DNA of 64,000 bases, taken from positions 9,999 to 73,998 of the forward strand of contig DF237417.1 in assembly GCA_000708835.1 (NCBI GenBank), given 5' to 3'. A program made the position numbers and the translations under genes. The notes beneath the pieces are model-generated. The model saw only the letters and a program-made list of their open reading frames with translations, was not told the DNA's origin and searched no databases. How positions within the stretch are numbered: position 1 is the first letter of the stretch; every line of letters begins with the position of its first letter. This document shows, one piece after another, positions 40,127 through 52,900 of this stretch. The stretch is from Klebsormidium nitens (lineage: Eukaryota > Plantae > Klebsormidiophyceae).

Positions 40127-41782
40127 GGTCCCACTTTTGGCTGGCAGCTCTTAAGACTTGTGATCGCTCTCCATCAAAAGTGTATGCGTCAAGACAAGTA
40201 GCTGCGCCAGATCGCCCAGGAGTCAACTAGAGACGAACGGAAGACCCAGGTAGAGCTAGTAGAGAGCACTGCAAGACGAAGAGTGGCCGCGCCGCGGCGG
40301 ATGTCCGCGGGGCGGCCGCGGCATGCCATGGCTGGCGCAAGTATCTAGACTGAGACCGAACAGGTTTTACCTCGTCTGCAACAATTATCGCTCCCCTGGC
40401 ACCGTCTGTGAAGAGCGGGTGTTCCGCTCTAGTTTCCGAAGTCAGTCCTGCCTGGCGCTGGCCTGGATTCGACGACGGCCTACTGTTTCGGTTAAATCGT
40501 ACCATCATCTGACGTCGAAAGCATTTGTCATCGAATATTTCTACCGAGCAAGTCCAAAGAGAACAGTGACACTGACAGTGACAGCCTGGCTGACTCACGC
40601 ACACATGATCTCCCATGACCGCAAACTTGGATATATAGCTAGCTAGCGGGTCTGTCAGACGCTGACAATTCCATGGCGGCTGCTGCGGTGACTCCACATT
40701 CTGGTGTGTCTGGCAGAACGTCATCCTGTGCTTGGATACGAGCTTCGTTTCAAGGCCTCCGTTGATGCTCGGGTTGTATCCGGTGACCTGCACCCCATCG
40801 CTGACAGGACACTCGCAAGTTGAGGCCATGGCTTCTGGGGTCTTGCTGGACTCCTCCCACGATGAAAAGAAGAGGAAATTGTGAGTCATTTCTGGTTGAT
40901 GTTTAGGTCTCTATGGAACTTCTCGCAAAATTCACCTTAGGAGGAGTGATGACTGACTCCTTGAGTAACTTTTCAGGCAAGAGTAAGTCTTCTTGTGGTT
41001 TGTCAGTGGAGTTGCGTGCTGAGCAGTGTCAAAGCTTTCAAAAAGTCTTTACTGTTGTGCTGAGTTCAAGCTGAGTCTGTACTACTTGAAGTGATTATCC
41101 ATTTGACTTCAATTGTTGATACTTTCGAAGGGGCGAGCTCGTGGTCACTTTTGCGAAATGCAGCAGGCAGTTTGCTTTCCTCATGAGCTCATAGAGGTTT
41201 GTTCACATCAGCCGTGCTGCTGATCATACATATCATTGTTGGAAGCGACCAGCAGTTGAATGTGTGGCAGTGACGATTGCTCGGTTTAGACAGCCTTTCG
41301 CACAAGAAGCTAATCTGGCGGCGACACCTCTCATTGTGCTGAGCTGGAATTGTCTTCAGTAAACAGTACTGCCCTTCAACTGCCTTTATGGACATAGTTG
41401 CCCTTGAGAAGCAGTTGTTCGGAAACTGCACTTCATCCAGCTAAATTTGTGAAACTCTGTGGCAGAAAACCCCAATCTGCTGGCTTTTGGCAGGTCACCA
41501 GTTTTGAAACTGACCCTTTCTTTTCGGTTCCCCTACCCCGCACTCTCTTCTCCCCACAATCATATGGTGCCTACCTCATGGGCAAAGCCAGAGAGAATCG
41601 GTCTTTTGCAGGTCTCCTGTCTTATGCACAATGACACAATGACACAGAGAAGCGTTGTTTTGCAGGTCTGATCAGATAAAAGAATCTGCTGACCCCGCAT
41701 CTCTTCCTGGCGACATCACATTGTACTCTTTGCTGACATCACATCTGTGGCCATCTGCAGGCAAGAGAGCTCCCTGCTCAGT

Positions 41783-43928
41783 ATGGACATGGACGTGGAC
41801 CATGCCTCCAAGAGGCCCTGTTTAGCAACCGGCAGCGACGGCCAAGTAGGAATGGCCAGGCAAAATCAGAACCCCAGCCAGTGGCAGGGCCCTGCTTTCG
41901 ACTGGGAAGAAGTGCACCGGCAGGCTGATGAGGCGGAGAGTCCGTTAGAGCAGGTCAAAAGGGTGGACTTCCCAAAGACCCTCCGTAGGGCAGAGTCGGA
42001 ACCGGTCTTTGACACAGGGCCCCCCAGGGGAAAGCCTTGGGCGAGCAGCTTTGGGAAGACTAACCCCCAGCTGACCGGGATGGGTAAGCCTAACCCCCAG
42101 CTAAGTGGGATGGTTAAAGGCAGCAACCCGCTCTGGGGGAGTGCCAAGCCGGTGAGGCAGCCAGTGATCATTCAGCCGATGACATCAGCGCCGCTCTTTC
42201 CGCCAACAGCGACGTCTGGGCACACTCCCCCCTCGCCGGACAGCAACACATCGTCCCGCCTCAGCAAGCGCTCGTTCGCGGAGGACGACGGGGCGACCGC
42301 GTCTGGAGCGGGGGTGTCGGGCTTAAGCCACGAGGGGCCCCCCGGCAAGATGACAGCAGGGACACCTTTGAGGCCCGCACCGAAGCACAGGAGAATTTTG
42401 GAGGAGGTCAACAGTAGCAGCGAGGATGAGGGGGATGGCGACGTGGAGCCTCAGACGAAGTCGGTTCTGGCGGAGCAATTTCCAAAAGGGGGGGCCGGCG
42501 CAAGCAGGAACCAGGGGGGGGGAGCTCGAAGCGCCGACAGCGGGAGGCTGCTCCAGAGCAGTGCGCAAAATGCCCCGCTCCATGATGGGGGGTTGTTTGC
42601 AGGGGGCCGGCGGCAGGTCTTTCCCCCCCTGCCGGGAATGATGAAACGGAGCACCAGCCGTGCGGACCTCACAGAGGAGAAGCGGCCGGCGACGCCGTCT
42701 GGGGGGGGTGTGCCGCTGTTTGAGCGGCTGACTCGGGGGCTGCCCCCCGCGGGCGAGAGGTCGGGCGAGTCCGTCGGGAGCGAAAGGTCAGAAGGGGGCC
42801 GGTCTACAAAGGACAAAGAGGAGCTCCGGAGGAAGGAGCTGGATTCGGTACACCCTGCGCTGCGAAGGAGCATGTTTCCTTTGCGCTCAGAGAGTGGTTT
42901 GTCGGGGCTTGGGACGTCAGACCGTAGAGCTCCGGTGTCAAACCTTTCTGGGGGGGTGGGCATAGAAAATGTGGTAAAGCAGGGCTCCGCAGGAGCAAGT
43001 TTTAGGCCGCGGCCACCAATGGGGCGGAGCGGGGTACATTCCACTGGTATAGAAACCCTAGGCGCGGCAAAGTTTGTGTTGCCAAACGGGGTGAAAGTGA
43101 CGAAAGCGGCGTCGGACAGCCTGGTGCCGGGGCCGACGCTTACGGACGAGGCGATGCGGGAGCGGACGCTGAACAGCGTCAGCATCACGAGTGAGGCGTC
43201 TTCAGGATTTCTGCTTCAGGATTTTTGGTCGCTATTCTCTTCGAGATCAGTGCGACCTTGTCAGTGCCCGATGGAGCTGCTAATTCGGTCAGGATGAAGG
43301 GTCCTGGGCTCTTGTCTAACCAAGCAAAAGCACAAAGTAAAGGAAAAAAGGGGGTTATTGTTCCAGGGCTGTTGTAAAGGGGTTTGCATTCTGGAGAACT
43401 CTGCCTGTCTGCTGCAAGTACGTTGTTGCCTGCCGAGATTGCATCCACGTTTTTCTGCATGTTGTGATAGCATCCGTTTTGCACCAGTACATTTTCTTTT
43501 GTCAGTGGGAGTAGGCTGAGTGTTTGATGATTGTATGCTTGGGGTTTCAATGCCGAGTTGTTCAACGAGCTCAGGTTGTCTCCTCTCTTCCTTACTAGTC
43601 ACGCTTGATTGCTTAGTGCCGCAACTCGAAGATCGGTAAGGAAGGAGTTGTCTGACCTTGATTTTGCCGCAGCTGAACTTTTGAGTTGCTTTGCATGCAA
43701 AATTCTGGTGTGCAAAAGCAGGCTAGCCTCAGAAGCATTGCGGGTAGTCAGTGAGTCCTGCTGGTTCATGGGCTTGTTCCCTTTGTCTATCGAAGTGTTG
43801 CCCGGAAACAGATCTCTTTGTGGAGTTTCTACCAATTTGTCAATTTGGTCGCAGGCGCTCAAGGCAGAAAACAGACAGTGGAAGACGAGTTTGAGGCGTA
43901 CTTTGCGATGATGGGCATATCCATGTAG
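41783..43928 (+). CDS. Hypothetical low-complexity (Ser/Gly/Pro-rich) protein. Large exon 41783-43190; terminal exon probably 43855-43928.
   Basis: About 470-codon ORF with coding-like GC-rich composition and basic NLS-like patches. Donor A|GTGAGG at 43190; a phase-matched acceptor gives ..TVEDEFEAYFAMMGISM*. No family recognised. Confidence 0.6.
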
Positions 43929-45668
43929 TCTTGTATAGTAGAATGAAGAGTTGATTAGTGGCTTAGGATGTGAAGTCGCGGCCTCCGTGCTGGAGGCCTG
44001 CACTCAAGAAGTGATTGCCCTTGTACTATCTGCATTAGAGAGTGTTTACTTTGTGGGCGACACAGCGGTGCGTGCTCGACGGAGCTCTGCTTTGCATGAC
44101 AAAAAGGAGGAATTAAGCAGGCAGGCTTTAGCCTGCAGGGACACCATCTTAGAAGCGTTATGCAGCAGGCAAGGAGAGGATATGACAGCCCTTTTTGAAG
44201 ATTGACAGTGATCCTGGCTTAAGCAGACTTTTGGGCTGTCTCGTTGTCTTTGGTAGGTTGAGGTTATTAGGCATCAGACCAATCATCAATGCTTCCGCTT
44301 AAGGAGGTAATTGTAGCCGTTTGCAAACAGTACGTGCGTGCAACTCTGCAGCGCATATGTCAAGAGAACACAGTGTTTGTGGCTTGTTGCGTAAAGGAAC
44401 CACGTCGTGCGTGTGCATCATTCGTGATTCGTTTGCATATGGTAGTAACGAAAATTTAGAGCTCAAACAGCCGCCGCGGTCGGCACCACATGCATATGCG
44501 CCACTGACTCAGACACATACTGTGCGCGGTATGCATGACGCGGCCGAATCGACGTGCAAGGCAGCGCCGCATGGAATCATTGCATGTAAACAATACGTGC
44601 ATGCAATATCGACCTTAAGTGCACAACAAGTATCCTCAGTGCAAGCGCAATGTGCTCGATCTGCTTAATTGACGTGATCAATTTGATGCATCAGTGTTGC
44701 ATAAAATCCTCACAGAACTGAAGTTCAATTAAGTTCTGCGGTGCTACACTAGTGGTACAGCTGTGGTAGAGAGACTCAGGCTAGATCTACATGGAGTCGC
44801 AAGCCATGAAAGGCACATGGGGCGCTGGTGCATCTGCGATCTATTGAACTTGATTCTCCAGTTTTTGGACAAACGAACTATATCCTGGCGGTATGTACAT
44901 CTATAAGACTACTCTTACTCACCTGGAAAATGGACCCAACCTAACTGCTACGACTCGTTCTTCTAAACTAAGGCCAAAAAGCACATTCGCACCTTCTTTA
45001 ATACTTCCCGTCTACAACATTATACTTTGTACAGATCTAACCACGAAGATAGTGAGAAAATGCTGCACATGCAAACGAGCATTTGAGCTCGCTAACTGGC
45101 TGCAGGGCCTTTGAACTGCTTTCTTACAACCCTCCAAAAACAAGAAACCTGGAATTCTGCGTCCTCTTCGGCCGACCTTCTCTCATCCACTCTTTGTATC
45201 GCTACATTCTAAAAGCACGCCCGGCTCGGGTCAAAACCGTCTCAAACTTGCTGCTTTTCCTTACTCACCACTTCTCGTGGGTGAAGTTGTGCATTTCTCC
45301 GGACGCCTGCAATGTGAGAATAATAGGCATCTGTGAATGTGGTTCTCAGGGGGCTGCGGGCTCAAAAACTCTAGAAGCAAAACTTCGTTGCGTGGATCTC
45401 CGTACACATGTGCACAGAAAGCATCGAAGCGAACCTCGATGCATCCCCGCTTTTACATTTCCCTCGTCGTTCACCCTCTCCTTTACTCTCCGGAATCAGG
45501 CAGTTGAGCAGAGAAACAGCGAAACAGAAGCGACTTTTGCATGTCGTTTCCACCACCTTGCAGCCCGCACCAAAGAGAGTAATTCTGAAACTGCAGGTTC
45601 GACCTGCCGAAAGCCCGTATTTTGACTCCGGAGCCAGCGTCCCTTGCAGTGCGGACAGAGCCGTAACT

Positions 45669-48600
45669 TTAGAGCGACGGAGGCGAAACCAGCCCACGAC
45701 CGACCGAACCCACCTCCTCTAGTTCGACCAGGACGCCATTAGTGTCTTTCGGGTTAAGGAAGACGACGGGGTCTCCGTGCGCGCCAATCTTGGGCTTCCC
45801 GTCACCCAATAAATTGACGTCCGACTCCTTCAAGTGCTGGGCCGCGTGGTTGATATTGTCGACCTGCAAAACGTTGGTAGATGTCAACCATCGGCGAAAG
45901 ATAAGACGCGTTTGTGACGTAACGAAGGGCGGACGGAGAGTAACCAGGGGTTCGGTTCCTTCGCCGTGGGGCGTTTATTGCCAAAGCTTGGCAATACGAA
46001 TTAGAACATCGAGCAGACAGGAGCGACAGTACTAATCGGGATAAACAACATGCTCTTACATGCAAGACCTGCAAAATATGCCAAGGCGGAGACGAGGTGC
46101 TCTTCAATTTAAACGGGAGAACAGAGTGTAACAGCGGCGAAGCAATCCTAATGGACGATGGGAAGCTTCAGCAACTTAGCCGGGGTGATGAAAATAAAGG
46201 CTCTGCCGACCCAGCACAGGTGTCAAAGAAAGAAAGCGCGTAGAGCCGTATGAGGATTGGAATGGAAAGGCGACACAACCGGCGTACATTTGGCGAGGGG
46301 GGCCCGGTTTCCGACGGCGTGGTCTGTTTTGAGGAACCCATGACAACGGGACACTAGACTTGGCAAGGCTTGTCTACTGAGTATCCAGGCTGAATTGCGA
46401 GATTAGCAATTCGTGGCGCGTTTTACGGGAAGAAGTCGGGAAAGACCAGTAAGAACGCTAAATCCTGTTTATCCGAAGTGCATTGCGATACGGACGCACT
46501 TCCAAAGTCAAGGCAAGAGGAGGGGCATGCAGAGACCAGAAAAGGAGAGAAGCAAACGCGCGACTGGAAGAGAGAGAGAAGCGGACGGTCCCAGAACACA
46601 AAGAGAAGCAGAAGAGGATGCGGGAATGACATAGAAAGAGAAGGGGTCAGCTCACGGTGAGGCAGACGTGGTGCAGGCCCCCCCGGGGGTTTTTTTGGAG
46701 GAACTTGGCGATGGGGCTCGCGTCGCCCAGCGGGTGCAGCAGCTCGATCGTGAGCCCGGGCAGCTTGACGAACACCACCGTTACGCCGTGCTCAGGCTGG
46801 GGCTGCATAAGGGAGGGTGTAACGCTGGTGAGCTTTAGGGTCGTTAACCCTAACTGTTTGGCCGCGATGTACTCGGAGGAGGGGTTGAGAAAAACGAGTT
46901 GGGTTTTGGGTTGGGAAGAGTTGGGGTTGCAAGTTGGGGTTTCAAGCTGGAAAGAGTTGGGGTTTCGAGATCGGGGAAAACGAGTTGGGGTTTCGGGTTG
47001 AAAAGAGAAGTTGGGGTTTGAGTTTGGGAGAAACGAGTAGGGGTTTCGGGTTTGGAAGAGTTGGGCGTTTGGGTTTTGGAGAAAATCGAGTTGGGGTGTT
47101 GGGTTGCGAAGAGTTGCCGTTGCGAGTTGAGGGAAGCGAGTAGGGGTTTCGAGTTCAGCTTGTACGACAAGCAGCACCACGGGTACTGAGTGTGCGGTGA
47201 CAGAAGTGAGAAAATCCTGAGAGGATCATGATTCAGCCGAATTGAGGCCCCACGTATGGCCTCGATTTTTACTGTTGCGTACTTGGGAGCGACTGGACGG
47301 CCTTGGATAACTTCGTAATTCCGGTGACGTGAAGCATTACGCTCAACTGATTCGGCAGATTCATCTCGAATCCTTAATTACAGCCGTGTTGACCACGAAG
47401 GGATAGAATGCACCAATTGTTTCAAGAGGCCCAGGATGGACGAGAGAAAGTGGGAATCAACACAACGAGCAGGTCACAAGAATGAAAGAGGTGGTGTGGC
47501 CCAGAAACATCAAGGTGGGGGGAACTTCCAGGTTCAAGTCAGACCAACGAGGGATGATATGAGAAACCTGGCATTGAAGAGGAGCGACGTGGACAGTTGA
47601 CAGCGACGTTAACCTAGGTGTGAGGAAGTAGGATATGTTTCTGAAACCGAACAGGAAGAAGTGACAGAGCAGGGCTGGAGTGGCTGAAGAAGAAACAAAA
47701 GAAGATAACCTAGGTGTGAGGAAGTAGGATACATGTTTCTGAAACCGAACAGGAAGAAGCGACAGAGCAGGGCTGGAGTGGCTGTTGAAGGAACAGGATA
47801 AGAGAGAGAAAAGCGACAGAAGACACAATTGACGGCAAAGAAATAGAAGTGTGCCTGGTGTGCCTGCTCACTTTGGGATTGCTCACGCTCGCCCCAAAGA
47901 CGGTGCGGTACTTTTCGGAGGCTGCTTCCAGGTCCGGAACGGCGACGGCGAGGTGATTCAGGCCAAGGACGGAGTAGGGGATGTCTGCGGGGGCGTCTGT
48001 CATGGTCCAGTGTTCCTCTACCACGTTTGCATGGCTGCAGTATGGGATCTGCAGGATAAACAAAGCGGAATAAGTTTCATCAAGAAAAAAGCTCAAGTGG
48101 TAGGGCTTTCGGTTGTGGCAATGCTCTAAAAATGGGAAAGAAGACGTTCCATTGCCACAGGCTGCTCAAAAGTTGGAAAATGGAAGAAACGAACCACCAT
48201 ATCCTAACATTCAAACCAGCACCAATCGGGTTTGCCAAGCCGACAAAGGTATTGGCTGATCAGGTGAGGTCTTCTGTGAGGGCGTGCTCTACTGTAGTTT
48301 GATTATCTCCATTGTTGATTATTAAGAGCAAGTTATAGATGCACACACAGATTGCCCATTGCATGTTTTTGGGGGGGGAAGTAAGGATGGTGCAACATCC
48401 AGGTTGGAGAAGTGACTCCCTTCAATTGCCGCAAATGGTCAAGAGGGTCATAGGAATCAAGCCGCAGGCTCATACTATCTGGTCAGCTTACGCCCCAATG
48501 GTATTTGCAAGGGAGGAGGCTAAGGAATGAGCAGAGCTAGGTTGGGGTTGCAAACGAGAAGTAAGAGTGCACCACCAAGATTTTGACGTTCTTTTCGTGC

Positions 48601-49349
48601 TTTTGAGTGTGCATGATGCGCTGCCCTCTTCAAATCACACTCTTGCAGACTCAAAACTTAAGGTTTACAATATGTGAAGTACATGCCATGCCATGATGCA
48701 ATGGTCACCGTCTTAAGTTTAAAATTATTGCTTCGATGCCGCCTCAGATTTGCAAGGCACAACAGATGTATACTGGCCAGAAAACCAATAAACCAGTGGA
48801 AAGGGTGCTGCATCAAGCATGTAGCGCCAAACGAACTTAAACACCACCTTGACAGGTTCGCCCGTAGCTCTCCGCTGGTTCTAAAATTCATTGGAGTTTG
48901 CTGGACAACTCGAATGCACGAAAGACGGGCATTAAGCAGCTCTTCATATCTTCTTCTGCACACTGCTCTGAGTTGCTCCAGCCCAATTAGTCCATGGCTA
49001 CTTGATACAAGGAGTAAAAGTGTTCTTTCAGCTCTGGTTTTCTTGAGCTCTTCACATTTTCGACCGAAACTGCCCTGCAACCATGACCAGGTTTTGTTGC
49101 CCCAAAATGCATCAAAGCGACTGCACTTTGACCGACCTGCTTCCCGCTGTTCCTTCTCCAGCTCCCACTTTGAACTGCCCCATGCTTGCCACTCGGTTCC
49201 GCTTCAGCTGCACCTGAAACTCCTGGCCTTTCTGGCGAGGTCCTGTCATTAGACACCGGACTAGCTGCCACCAATTGGTGCATTTGAGAAAATGCACCAG
49301 CAGCAATCCGTCCGTGCAGTTGTCTGAGCGTTACCACCTGTTTGGACAT
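45669..49349 (-). CDS. MCEE: Methylmalonyl-CoA epimerase (VOC fold). Exons: 49349-49137 (tentative), 48048-47872, 46802-46656, 45863-45669
   Basis: LNHLAVAVPDLEAASEKYRTVFGA..PEHGVTVVFV..IELLHPLGDASPIAKFLQKNPRGGLHHVCLTVDNI..GKPKIGAHGDPVVFLNPKDTNGVLVELEE carries the metal-binding His/Glu motifs of MCEE. The 5' end is uncertain. Confidence 0.88.
46860..47160 (+). repeat. Degenerate G/T-rich minisatellite in an MCEE intron (unit about 26-28 bp, GAGTTGGGGTTTCGGGTT-like)
   Basis: About ten imperfect GAGTTGGGGTTT units, adjacent to TTTAGGG and CCCTAA at 46835-46853. Confidence 0.8.
47610..47784 (+). repeat. Near-perfect direct duplication (about 77 bp, period about 96 bp) in an MCEE intron
   Basis: AACCTAGGTGTGAGGAAGTAGGATA..TGTTTCTGAAACCGAACAGGAAGAAG.GACAGAGCAGGGCTGGAGTGGCTG appears twice. 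Confidence 0.92.
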
Positions 49350-49905
49350 GCCACCAACGCCTAGGCGTCCCAGAAAGGCCATTTGGAAGGGGTGCAGTTT
49401 CAAACCAGAGGTTTTCTGAACGTGAAGCAGATCCGCGGAGGGTCTATCAGGAAAGGCTGAGGCTCAAACTAATTGCAGTGCTTCCTTCGCAATTGCGAGG
49501 CAAATGGAGCCTTGGCGGAGGTCTCTTGGACTTGGAGGGAAGAGGAGCCTTTGACACGAAGGAAGGTGGGAGCTGTGCGCTAAATTGTGCAAGCACAGCC
49601 TGAGCGAGCTATGTATAGACTCCAACCTGCTCAGCCCAAACCCTAATCTGGACCAAAGCTTAGCTTTAGACTCTCGATGAATCTGAACTATCGATTTACC
49701 AAAGGTCCGGATCCGGTACATCTGACGCTCCAGAATTTGCCACGTCATTTACCTGCTCCGCTAGGTTCCGAGTTGCTGCTCTTCAGTCGATCTCGCACCT
49801 TCGCTTCGGAATCGCAGTGACGCATTCCCTTGTCCATTGGCATCATTGTCAAAGGTACAGTGGCGTACACAGCTAGTTCCTTGGACGCCACCTCTCCTGA
49901 CCACG

Positions 49906-52900
49906 ATGCAGGCCGTCTGCCCCGCCGCCTCTGCCCCCTTCTCCTCTCTTTCCTCCCTCTCCCTCTGCCACACCTCCAACGGGGCCCGCTTCGCCCTTTT
50001 GCGCCAAGTCAGCCTCTTCCCTCACCCTATTCACTTCAGGCGCTCGCCGATGCCCCCCACCCCTCGAGCACTTTTCAGCGGTCTTAAAAATGCTGTTTCG
50101 GGGGCCCTGAATCAGAGCACTGCGGGTGGGACCACTGCAACCCCCCCCCCAATGGTGGAGCATAACCTCCCCCCCTGGGAGGATCTGGCGGCGGCGCTTC
50201 CGAAGGAGTTGGAGAGCTTGAAAGACAGGGTTCCGTGGGCTAAAGAGAGGCGGTTTGGCCTGGCGGGGGGGAAGGAACCGAGGGTCGTGTTTTACAGGGA
50301 TAATAGCAGCTGGTGTCCGTACTGTGAGCGTGTGTGGCTACAGCTGGAGGAGAAGCAGGTGCCGTATAAGGTGGAGAAGATCAACATGAGGTGAGGAACA
50401 AGACCGCACTTCTCAGCACTGTGTTAATTTTCTCTTAATGGGCAAATTCAAGTAGAGCTCATTCAGACATAATAAGAGGGCTTCATTTTAGAGAAAATGA
50501 AATGACAAGGTGAAAGAGAGGGCCTGACCCTGAATTTTATGTAGCTCGCAGCCAAGCGTGTCTTTACTAAGAAGAAAGAATATTTGGAAAGGAAGAATGC
50601 TGGAGGAAGTATTATTGAGTATCCGCTGGAAGAGAGAAAGCTGGGGGGACATAGTTGTGGTCATGGTAATTCCAAAAGAGAGTGATTGCGCTCCCGTTCG
50701 TCTGACCGGAAGGCAGTGGGATACTTTCCACCAGTGGGCTGAGTCATTTAGGTTCAGACTGCAGAATCCTCCATTCTCCTTGCGACTGAAAGTTGGACAA
50801 AACGTTTGAGACGTCCGTCCTATTCAATATCTTTGCTGTTTTCACAGGACTGGGGAGAGGAGATAGAAGGCAGCTCGCAGCAGACTCTCCGAGGCTGACT
50901 AACCCGTTTTAACTCCGTATAACCTGTATCGGTTCTGATAGCAAACCCACCCAAGAATCTTTCTTTCAGAAGCCATAGCTTATCATACTCCACCCGTTTA
51001 TGTCCTGTCCAGGTGCTACGGCCCCAAGCCCGAGTGGTACACGCGCATGGTTCCCTCTGGTCTGCTGCCAGCTGTCAAGATCGATGGCGAGCTGATCACC
51101 GAGTCTATGGATATCATGCTCCGGCTTGAGCAAGAGTTCCCTGAGCGCTCACTGCTGCCCCCGCCGGGGTCGCAAGAGAGCAAGGCGCTGCAGGTGAGCG
51201 AAGGCTCTCGTCCTGAGTGCAGTGTGTTGGAGCAATGTTATTCGTCGGTTGTATGTAAGCTCTGACCTACCGTGGTGAACCTCAGAGATATCCAGAGATT
51301 GCTATTCAGAATTGAGGCACGCATTGTCCGCGACCTGGAACGCAAGGCCCGCTGTGACGACATGCTTTGGTTGTGGAGGTCGTTCTGTGAGGTCGATACA
51401 TGTGAAGAACCGCTTTTACACCTGTATGCGTCAAAGTGGCCATCGGGTTCCAACTTCCGAGCACGATGATCTTGAGCCGTCCGATGGCTTCCTTGTTGAC
51501 GATTGGACGGTTCAAGGTCAGGAACCATGCTTGGAGCATTTGGAAGCCAATGACAGATTTGACAGAAAGAGCTGTAGAAAGACAGTCGAGGGGCCTTTTA
51601 GTGCCCACGAGGGTGGTGCAGAAGCCAGGCCTCTATTCATGGTTTTCCATAAGACCTTTCTCTTGAGCCGGTTATTCAAGCCCTTGTTAACAACCAAAGT
51701 CCAATGAGATCAGCATTCCGGACCGGCTCTTTGACTATGTCACTATTTTTCGGAATATCACCTACAGTGGCACCCAAAATAGACCTGGACGTGATGGCAG
51801 GTCACAATTTTCCCTTTCTGTGAAAGACCTTTGACTGCGTTTCTCCTTGCTGCGAGTGGTGAGCTTTCCCTCTGCATTGCGAAACTTAGCATTTGTGACA
51901 TGACGGGACTCCAAACAGCAGCGTCTTCGAGAGAATCTTCCAAAGTGGTCAGAGTCACGTGGGCCTTGGATCTAAAGCACAGGAGCCTCTGCCCACCTCC
52001 TCAAACTTGAAGCGTCTGCGAGCTGGTTGCAGTTTGTACCCGCACATGTAGCTCCTCACTGATTTCCCACAGCCTCAAATCCCAAGTTCCCCGACGTTCA
52101 AAAAGCTGTGATCATATAACACTAGGTTTTAGCATGGCAGGGCTCGTTGCATCCGGAGTAGCAGTTGTTTGGCAGCTGCGATTCACTCTTCACTCGCAAC
52201 GGTAGAACTGCGATTCATTCTTCACTTGCCATCGTAGAACCTGAACCCCCAACCTGTCGACTTTCTCAGACTGTTGTAGTGCTGTACCCGGTGTTGTAGG
52301 GCTTGCTGCTTCTGGAGCGGCACCTGTTGGCACGTTTCCCTCAGTTGGCACGTTTCCCTCTCGCTGTATTTCGCAAAATCCCGGACATCTCAGAATCTCA
52401 TAAACCCTTAAACCTTGCTACCCGGAACCGATTTCACAGGGCGCGCTCCGCCAGGGGCGACAATTGTCCGGTAGCTGACTCCACTTCATTACCAGTGGGT
52501 TAGCCGACCACATGTTACGCATCATACCAGCAACATTCTACTTTGGAATCCTCGATGCCGCAAATTTATTCAACCTGACCCGAAACCTCGAAACTCTGAC
52601 TTCGCGTCTGTAGGGCCTGCTCCGCTTGGAGCGGCAACTCTTCGGCAGCTGGCTGCGCTTGGGTGGGGCGACGGAGCGACTTACAACTCTGCGCCCGCAA
52701 CCCTTGAGTTCGAGTCTCAGAGCTGCAAAAATCCCGGAAACCTTAATTTAACGTTCATAACCCTGGGTTTGTTTTTGTAGGGCTTGCTTCGCCTGGAGCG
52801 GCAACTCTTCGGCAGCTGGCTGCGCTTCATTACCAGCGGGTGGGGCGACGCCGGCAACGGGCAGCGCTTCGAGGAGACCATGGCGGACGTCGACGGGGCG

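Noticed and set aside
40227-40889. 220-codon minus-strand ORF just upstream of EMC1
   Set aside because: No recognisable motif, it lies in a divergent promoter/UTR region, and an ORF of this length can occur by chance in GC-rich DNA. It may at most be a uORF.
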